Notes under the pieces: model-generated
Databases searched by the model: none
The model's input: the letters and a program-made list of their open reading frames with translations, nothing else
Told to the model about the DNA's origin: nothing
Origin: an uncultured Bdellovibrionales bacterium
Lineage (GTDB): Bacteria > Patescibacteriota > Minisyncoccia > Moranbacterales > UBA1568
Length of the DNA: 64,000 nucleotides
NCBI GenBank assembly: GCA_964624415.1
Contig: CAZUWR010000002.1
Location: forward strand, 76,454 to 140,453
Reading direction: 5' to 3'
Translations under genes and position numbers: made by a program
Part shown: piece after piece, positions 57,922 through 64,000 of the stretch
How positions within the stretch are numbered: position 1 is the stretch's first letter
How the letters are laid out: each line of letters starts with the position of its first letter

Positions 57922-59340
57922 ATGAAAGAGACCGTAACCGTAACCGTAACCGAAACCGCCATGGAAAAAATCGTCTCTTTGTGCAAGCGGCGCGGGTTCG
58001 TGTTTCCTTCTTCGGAAATCTACGGGGGACTCGGCGGAATCTACGATTACGGGCACTACGGCACGCTTCTGAAAAACAATATCCGCGATGCTTGGTGGAA
58101 GGCTATGGTGCAGTTGCGCGATGATGTGATCGGTCTGGACAGCGCTATCTTTATGCATCCGAAAGCATGGGTGGCATCGGGACATGTCGAGACATTCAAT
58201 GATCCGCAGGTGGACTGCCGAAAATGTAAGAATCGCTTCCGTGCCGACCATCTCTTGGAGGAGTTCGGTATTGAAGCGGATAAACAGCCGCTCGAGTTCA
58301 TCAATGCACAATTGGATGTATTGAAAAAAGAGAGAAAGCTCAAGTGCCCTCACTGCGGCGCGGAGGATTTCACTCCGGCCAAAGTCTTTTCGCTGATGGT
58401 TAAGTCTAATATCGGTTCCCCGACGGACGCCTTGTCCGAAGACACAGTAGTGTATCTGCGACCGGAAACCTGCGGGGGCATTTATTTGGAATACAAAAAC
58501 ACCGTAGACTCGACGCGCGTCAAAATCCCGTTCGGTATCGCGCAGGTCGGCAAAGCTTTCCGCAATGAAATCGTGGCGAAGCAATTCGTCTTCCGTACAC
58601 GCGAATTTGAGCAATTGGAGATGCAGTACTTTCATCACTCTTCGCAAACGAAAGAGAAGTATGAAGAGTGGAAAGAAGCGCGGTGGCGGTGGTATGCCGA
58701 TATGGGGGTGGATATGAGCCGCTTGCGATGGTTCAAACACCTCAAATTGGCGCACTATGCCAGCGAGGCGTACGATATCGAATTCGATTTCAAATCCTTG
58801 GGAGGCTTCAAGGAAGTGGAGGGTATCCATGCGCGCGGGGATTGGGATCTGTCCCAGCACGCGAAGTTTTCCGGCAAAGATCTCTCGTATTTCGACGACA
58901 AAACCGGCGAGCGATACATCCCGCATATTATGGAAACATCCGCGGGACTTTCGAGACTATTTCTGCTGTTTATTGATCAGGCCTATATCGAAGAGACTCT
59001 GGCAAACGGCGATGTCCGCACTGTCATGAAATTCCCGAAAAAGCTGGCGCCGGTCAAAGTGGCCGTCTTTCCTTTACTGAAAAACAAGCCGGAATTGGTG
59101 GGGAAAGCGCGCGAGATTTTCGATACGCTCAAAGCGGACTTTCAGTGTGAGTTCGACGACAATGGCAATGTGGGCAAGCGCTATCGAAGGCAGGACGAGA
59201 TCGGCACACCATACTGTGTGACCGTGGATTTTGAGAGTCTCGAAGACGGAGCGGTGACCGTCCGCGACCGGGATACGATGGCACAGGAGCGAGTGAAGAT
59301 TGATGAACTTCCGGGATATTTTAGCGCTAAGTTGAAATAG
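57922..59340 (+). CDS. glyQS: Glycyl-tRNA synthetase (class II, dimeric GlyQS type) with N-terminal TVTVTVTET microsatellite-encoded extension
   Basis: Class II motifs and anticodon-binding domain. 472 aa. (ACCGTA)x4 hexanucleotide repeat at 57925..57950. Alternative start MEKIVSL at 57961. Confidence 0.9.
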   Translation: MKETVTVTVTETAMEKIVSLCKRRGFVFPSSEIYGGLGGIYDYGHYGTLLKNNIRDAWWKAMVQLRDDVIGLDSAIFMHPKAWVASGHVETFNDPQVDCRKCKNRFRADHLLEEFGIEADKQPLEFINAQLDVLKKERKLKCPHCGAEDFTPAKVFSLMVKSNIGSPTDALSEDTVVYLRPETCGGIYLEYKNTVDSTRVKIPFGIAQVGKAFRNEIVAKQFVFRTREFEQLEMQYFHHSSQTKEKYEEWKEARWRWYADMGVDMSRLRWFKHLKLAHYASEAYDIEFDFKSLGGFKEVEGIHARGDWDLSQHAKFSGKDLSYFDDKTGERYIPHIMETSAGLSRLFLLFIDQAYIEETLANGDVRTVMKFPKKLAPVKVAVFPLLKNKPELVGKAREIFDTLKADFQCEFDDNGNVGKRYRRQDEIGTPYCVTVDFESLEDGAVTVRDRDTMAQERVKIDELPGYFSAKLK

Positions 59341-59422
59341 CGGATTGGGGATTGTGAGATCAGGACGGATAATTAAGATACAGGAAACGCCAAGCAGTAT
59401 TGATTGATAACTGAAGTATTTT

Positions 59423-60691
59423 ATGCACTACGAAAAAATAACGCTGAAAAACGGATTGCGGGTGATACTGGCTCCGATGAAGGAAACACAGACGATGACG
59501 GTGCTTATGATGATCGGCACCGGTTCGCGCTATGAGACACGCAAACAAAACGGCCTCTCTCATTTTCTCGAGCATATGTTCTTCAAGGGCACAAAAAAGC
59601 GCCCGACCTCACTGTCTATTTCCGAGGAGCTCGACGCTGTCGGTGGGGATTACAATGCTTACACCGCCAAGGATCGCACCGGGTACTATGCTAAAGTAGA
59701 TGCCAAACACGGCGATATTGCGCTGGATGTGGTGAGTGATATTTTCCTTCACTCAAAAATCGATCAAGAGGAGATTGATCGCGAGCGCGGTGCGATACTG
59801 CAGGAACTGGCAATGTATGAGGATACGCCCCGGCGCAAGGTAGGAGATGTATTTGAGGAGCTTTTGTACGGGGATACGCCGCTGGGGTGGGATATTATCG
59901 GTACCAAAGAAAATATCCGCACTTTCAAGCGCGCTGATTTCATAAAGTACCTCGATCAGCATTATATTGCTTCCAATGTCGTCATTGGCGTGGCGGGAAA
60001 ATTCAACGCGGAAAAAATGAAACAAGATATCACGAAGGCATTTAAAGATATTCGTGTCGGCAAAAAATATGAAGCTAAGCTGATGAAGGAAAAGCAAATC
60101 AAGCCGGCACTTTTGGTGAAACATAAAAAAACCGATCAGACGCAGCTCATACTCGGGGTGCGCGCATTTGATTTTCATCATCCGGATCGCTATGCTTTAT
60201 CGGTATTGGCTACCATTTTGGGCGGTAATATGTCGAGCCGACTGTTTATCGCGGTGCGCGAGCGCAAGGGCTTGGCCTACAATGTGAGCACCTTTTCGGA
60301 CACGATGTCGGATGTAGGGTATCTGGCGACGCAGTGCGGGGTGGAACACAAGAATCTGGAGGAAACCATCACCACGGTACTCGAAGAATATAAGTTGATT
60401 AGTCAAGTATTGGTGCCGGACAAGGAACTTTCGAAAGCGAAGGAATATATCAAAGGAAGCGCGGTGATGCACCTGGAGTCTTCTGATGAGGTGGTGTCGT
60501 ATCTGGTGGATCAGGAGTTGACCAAGGGAAAAATACGGCTTCCTGAAGAGGTATTCGCTGCTATCGACGCTGTGACGGCGCAGGATGTGCAGCGCGTCGC
60601 GCAGGCCATCTTCACCGAGAAGAAACTCAACCTCGCCATCATAGGACCGCACAAGCAGACAAAAAAACTCGAGGGGTTATTGAAATTGTAA
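59423..60691 (+). CDS. M16 family zinc peptidase (insulinase-like)
   Basis: Inverted zinc motif HFLEHMFFKGT (HxxEH). 422 aa. Confidence 0.8.
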   Translation: MHYEKITLKNGLRVILAPMKETQTMTVLMMIGTGSRYETRKQNGLSHFLEHMFFKGTKKRPTSLSISEELDAVGGDYNAYTAKDRTGYYAKVDAKHGDIALDVVSDIFLHSKIDQEEIDRERGAILQELAMYEDTPRRKVGDVFEELLYGDTPLGWDIIGTKENIRTFKRADFIKYLDQHYIASNVVIGVAGKFNAEKMKQDITKAFKDIRVGKKYEAKLMKEKQIKPALLVKHKKTDQTQLILGVRAFDFHHPDRYALSVLATILGGNMSSRLFIAVRERKGLAYNVSTFSDTMSDVGYLATQCGVEHKNLEETITTVLEEYKLISQVLVPDKELSKAKEYIKGSAVMHLESSDEVVSYLVDQELTKGKIRLPEEVFAAIDAVTAQDVQRVAQAIFTEKKLNLAIIGPHKQTKKLEGLLKL

Positions 60692-60742
60692 GCGAAGAGT
60701 AAGGATAGAAACCTGATTCAAAATTCTTGATTCTTAAAATAT

Positions 60743-61756
60743 ATGAACACCAATCAGCAGATTGAAGTCGGTACCAAATTGCTCCTGCGAGCAGCCCTTA
60801 TTTTTTTGGGCCTCGCGTTTCTGTATATGATTCGGGACATCATTGTCCTGACCTTCCTCGCTATCGTGGTGTCGGCTTCGCTTTCGCCGATCGTCAGATG
60901 GCTCCATCAGCGGAAAATACCCAGAGCCAGCGCGGTGGTATCGGTCTATGTGGCGGTCTTGGTCGTTATCGGACTCTTGATCGCGTTGATTGTTCCGCCG
61001 TTTGTCGCCCAAATCGGTGAGTTTGTGGATAACATTCCGGGTTATGTGGATAAAGTATCGCAGATGCTGTGGTATTTTGACACCCATTACTTCAGTTTCG
61101 ATCGAGCGGCCTTTATCAAGAATGTCGAAGGCGGTTTCACCGGTTCTGTTTCCGGTATTTTTTCTACCACCATTGGCTTATTCTCAGGACTCATCTCCTT
61201 TATCGTTTTTTTCTTCCTCTCCCTGTATATGTCTTTGGAGGAAAATGGCATCGAGAAGTTCCTCGTCTCCCTGACACCGCAGCAGTACAAAGAATATGTA
61301 AAGACGCTGGCCACGCGCACGCAGAAAAAAATAAGTCACTGGCTGCTCGGGCAATTCGTGTTGATGCTGACGGTTTTCGTGATGTATTTCATCGGGCTTT
61401 CGATCCTGCATGTGCCGTATGCTTTGCTCCTGGCCACGCTGGGCGGGGCGTTTGAAATTATCCCTTATGTCGGGCCGATTATCGCGGCGATTCCAGCAGT
61501 TGTGATGGGCTTTCTTGTGTCGCCGATACTGGGTCTTTCGACTCTGATATTCTATACCGTAGCTCATCAGGTAGAGAGTCATATCATCACCCCACAGGTG
61601 ATGAAGCGTGCTGTCGGGGTCAATCCTGTCGCTATCATCCTCTCGATTCTTATTGGGGCGAAGCTCGGGGGATTGCTTGGCATCATCCTCGCCGTGCCCG
61701 CCGCCGCCGTCATCGGGATTTTCGTGGAGGATTTTTTGGAGAAGCGGAAAAATTGA
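60743..61756 (+). CDS. AI-2E family transporter (UPF0118/PerM)
   Basis: 337 aa, 8 TM helices; typical AI-2E family topology and conserved C-terminal region. Confidence 0.65.
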   Translation: MNTNQQIEVGTKLLLRAALIFLGLAFLYMIRDIIVLTFLAIVVSASLSPIVRWLHQRKIPRASAVVSVYVAVLVVIGLLIALIVPPFVAQIGEFVDNIPGYVDKVSQMLWYFDTHYFSFDRAAFIKNVEGGFTGSVSGIFSTTIGLFSGLISFIVFFFLSLYMSLEENGIEKFLVSLTPQQYKEYVKTLATRTQKKISHWLLGQFVLMLTVFVMYFIGLSILHVPYALLLATLGGAFEIIPYVGPIIAAIPAVVMGFLVSPILGLSTLIFYTVAHQVESHIITPQVMKRAVGVNPVAIILSILIGAKLGGLLGIILAVPAAAVIGIFVEDFLEKRKN

Positions 61757-61862
61757 TGCTAAAGAATAACCAATCACCAAAATCCAATAACCAATTTTTA
61801 AAATCTTGACGGTAGGATGTTTTGATGATTGGATTTTGGTTATTGGTGATTATGAAATAGGT

Positions 61863-62546
61863 ATGTCTAATAATGAAAAACAAGGTATTTTGTATATCGT
61901 AGCGACCCCCATCGGCAATATGGAGGACTTGACCCTGCGCGCTCTGCGGGTACTTCAGGAGGCAGATATGATTGTGTGCGAGGATACGCGCGTGGCGAAA
62001 AAATTGCTGTTTCGCTATGAAATCCACAAGACGCTCTTGGCCATTCCGCAACACAGCGCGACGGACAAAATCGCGCGCGTAATCGAGAAATTGAAACAAG
62101 GATTGGATGTGGCGCTCATCACCGATGCCGGTACCCCAGGGATGTCCGACCCGGGCAACGAGGTGGTGGCGCAGGTGACGGCTGCCGGATGCATCGTCTC
62201 GCCCGTTCCGGGAGCCTCGGCGCTTGGCGCGATTGTGTCGGTAGCGGGCATCAATCTACAGGAATTTCTTTTCAAGGGATTTCCGCCACACAAAAAAGGC
62301 CGGCAGACGTATTTTACGGAAGTGGCGGCCTCGAGTGTGCCGGTCATTTACTATGAGTCGCCGTACCGCGTGCTGAAGAGTTTTGAGATGCTGCGGGAAA
62401 TGGCGCCGGAGAAAAAGCTGATCGTCGGGCGCGAACTGACGAAGATGTTTGAGGAAATCGTGCGCGGCACAGCCTCGGAAGTGCTAGCACATTACGCGGC
62501 TCATCCCGGTAAGGTGAAAGGGGAGTTTGTGGTTATTGTATATTGA
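61863..62546 (+). CDS. rsmI: 16S rRNA (cytidine1402-2'-O)-methyltransferase RsmI
   Basis: Start at MSNNEKQGILYIVATPIGN. Tetrapyrrole-methylase fold motifs (EDTRVAKKLL; ITDAGTPGMSDPG). Confidence 0.8.
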   Translation: MSNNEKQGILYIVATPIGNMEDLTLRALRVLQEADMIVCEDTRVAKKLLFRYEIHKTLLAIPQHSATDKIARVIEKLKQGLDVALITDAGTPGMSDPGNEVVAQVTAAGCIVSPVPGASALGAIVSVAGINLQEFLFKGFPPHKKGRQTYFTEVAASSVPVIYYESPYRVLKSFEMLREMAPEKKLIVGRELTKMFEEIVRGTASEVLAHYAAHPGKVKGEFVVIVY

Positions 62547-62633
62547 GGAGTATATAATTTCCTTACGAAAAAGATTTTTGAAAATAAAAACAGAGCCCGG
62601 GGTTTTCCCAAGGCTCGTTTGAAGCGGATGTCT

Positions 62634-63056
62634 TTATAGTGGAATAGAAGCATTTTGCATTGTTTCAAAAAATAAAAGGACTTCTTCGGGAGTTTCTTCC
62701 CATTTTTTTATGGCGCGACCTCCTTGGGGACATCCTGGACAAAGACGCGTAATAAACGGAGTGTCTTTTAAACAGAAGAATACTGGGTATATCATTCCTC
62801 CTGAATCTAAAGCTACAATGCGAGTTCCTTTTGGAATAAGGAAACCAAGGTATTCTGATGAATAAAAATCACGCGGAGCGTAAATATCCATCGTTACGAA
62901 TCGTTTCATGCCTGGGTTGTTGATATGAGGACTGTCAGGCTCTTTAAGTTCTTGCACCTCTTCACTTGAAGGAGTCTGCAAAATCGCTTGCAAGAAAGGA
63001 AGTTCTGACCGACTTAATTCGTTAGGCTTTGAGGGGCGGGTATCTGTGTATAGCAT
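62634..63056 (-). CDS. Hypothetical protein (AT-rich)
   Basis: 140 aa, no recognisable family; AT-rich composition. Confidence 0.35.
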   Translation of the reverse strand: MLYTDTRPSKPNELSRSELPFLQAILQTPSSEEVQELKEPDSPHINNPGMKRFVTMDIYAPRDFYSSEYLGFLIPKGTRIVALDSGGMIYPVFFCLKDTPFITRLCPGCPQGGRAIKKWEETPEEVLLFFETMQNASIPL

Positions 63057-63132
63057 GGTTCTATCCTCGAGTTGTTAATTTGCAAAATTGCCTCATTTGA
63101 GGCTATACTCTATATATACCTAATTTTACCTT

Positions 63133-64000
63133 ATGTCAAGATTCTACATCACCACCACCCTGCCGTATGTCAATGCCAAGCCCCATATCGGTTTCGCTTT
63201 GGAAATCGTCGAGGCGGACGCTATCGCGCGGTTTCATCGATCTTTGGCTGAGGAAGTCATCTTTAATACCGGGGTGGACGAGCATGGCACCAAAATCTAT
63301 GAAAAGGCCCTGGAGGCCGGAAAAACACCGCAGTCCTACTGTGATGAAATGGCGGCGCATTTTATGGATCCGTGGAAGCAGCTCGGTATCAGCTATACGC
63401 ATTTTATTCGCACGACTGACGCTCATCACATTGCTTCGGCGCAGGAGTTTTGGAAGCGTTGTGAGGCGTCCGGCGATATTTATAAGAAGCAGTATAAGAT
63501 CAAATACTGCGTCGGTTGCGAATTGGAAAAAACCGATTCCGATCTGGTAGACGGCAAGTGTCCGGATCATCCGAAAACGGAGCTTCAGATTATCGAGGAG
63601 GAAAACTACTTTTTTCGTTTTTCAAACTATCAAGAACGGTTGCTGAAACTCTATACTGATCGACCGGATTTCGTATTGCCCAAGAAACGACTGAATGAGA
63701 TTACGGCGTTTGTCGAGCGAGGACTGCAGGATTTCAGTATCTCGCGGCTGAAGGCTAAGATGCCCTGGGGCGTGCCTGTACCAGGGGATGATGAGCATGT
63801 GATGTATGTATGGTTTGATGCGCTCGTGAACTATATTTCCACTTTGGGTTGGGGAAGTAGCGATGAAGGCGCCTTTGAAAAATTTTGGCCGGGAGTGCAG
63901 ATATGCGGCAAAGACAATTTGCGCCAGCAATCGGCGATGTGGCAGGCGATGCTTTTTTCGGCGGGCATCGAGCCTTCGAAACAGATCCTTGTGAATGGGT
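63133..64000 (+). CDS. metG: Methionyl-tRNA synthetase (N-terminal part; runs off window end)
   Basis: Manual translation from ATG 63133: MSRFYITTTLPYVNAKPHIGFALEIVEADAIARFHRSL… (HIGH-type motif PHIG), zinc-knuckle CVGC…CPDH. Absent from ORF track because no stop in window. Confidence 0.9.
   Translation, partial: MSRFYITTTLPYVNAKPHIGFALEIVEADAIARFHRSLAEEVIFNTGVDEHGTKIYEKALEAGKTPQSYCDEMAAHFMDPWKQLGISYTHFIRTTDAHHIASAQEFWKRCEASGDIYKKQYKIKYCVGCELEKTDSDLVDGKCPDHPKTELQIIEEENYFFRFSNYQERLLKLYTDRPDFVLPKKRLNEITAFVERGLQDFSISRLKAKMPWGVPVPGDDEHVMYVWFDALVNYISTLGWGSSDEGAFEKFWPGVQICGKDNLRQQSAMWQAMLFSAGIEPSKQILVNG

Overview
This 64 kb window appears to be the chromosomal origin region of a small-genome bacterium, possibly Patescibacteria/CPR-like. 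That assignment is inference from compact genes, few biosynthetic genes, and Lys/Ala-rich or Q/N-rich low-complexity insertions in housekeeping proteins.

Main gene content:
- The origin cassette is rpmH-rnpA-yidC-jag (minus strand) diverging from dnaA-dnaN-DUF721 (plus strand), with two perfect DnaA boxes in the rpmH–dnaA spacer.
- Upstream of the origin cassette is a surface-glycan cluster (O-antigen-ligase-like, two GT2 glycosyltransferases, a transglutaminase-like protein, a Wzx-type flippase).
- Peptidoglycan genes: PBP1A, MurE-like ligase, FemXAB-like transferase.
- Repair/replication genes: ruvC, ruvA, fpg, recO, holA.
- Translation genes: rpsT, rplT, rpmI, infC, smpB, argS, valS, glyQS, metG (3'-partial), tgt, rsmI.
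- Other: pyruvate kinase, an RND efflux pair, LemA/HtpX, mntP, a GAF protein, glgC.
- One tRNA-Ser(GGA).
- A tmRNA (ssrA) that does not appear among the supplied ORFs, lying immediately downstream of smpB.

Most interesting observations:
1. Two families of long, structured, hairpin-forming intergenic repeats: family A with 5 copies and family B with 3 copies. Base-pair covariation in the arms of both families indicates selection on secondary structure.
2. A short degenerate CAATCAACA-type repeat that occurs in intergenic hairpins and also in-frame inside essential genes (argS, valS twice, tgt, FemX-like), producing Q/N/T/K-rich insertions.
3. A divergent ATP-grasp / ATP-grasp–retropepsin fusion / 7TM cluster, the amidoligase gene neighbourhood reported from comparative genomics; I know of no experimental characterisation of it. 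It is preceded by a strong promoter and intrinsic terminator that bracket a ~130 nt candidate small RNA or leader.
4. A 68 bp duplication of the tgt 3' end bracketing an inserted OMP-decarboxylase-family gene.
5. An rpsT with a histone-H1-like lysine-rich tail.

No CRISPR array, rRNA, or recognisable transposase or integrase was seen.
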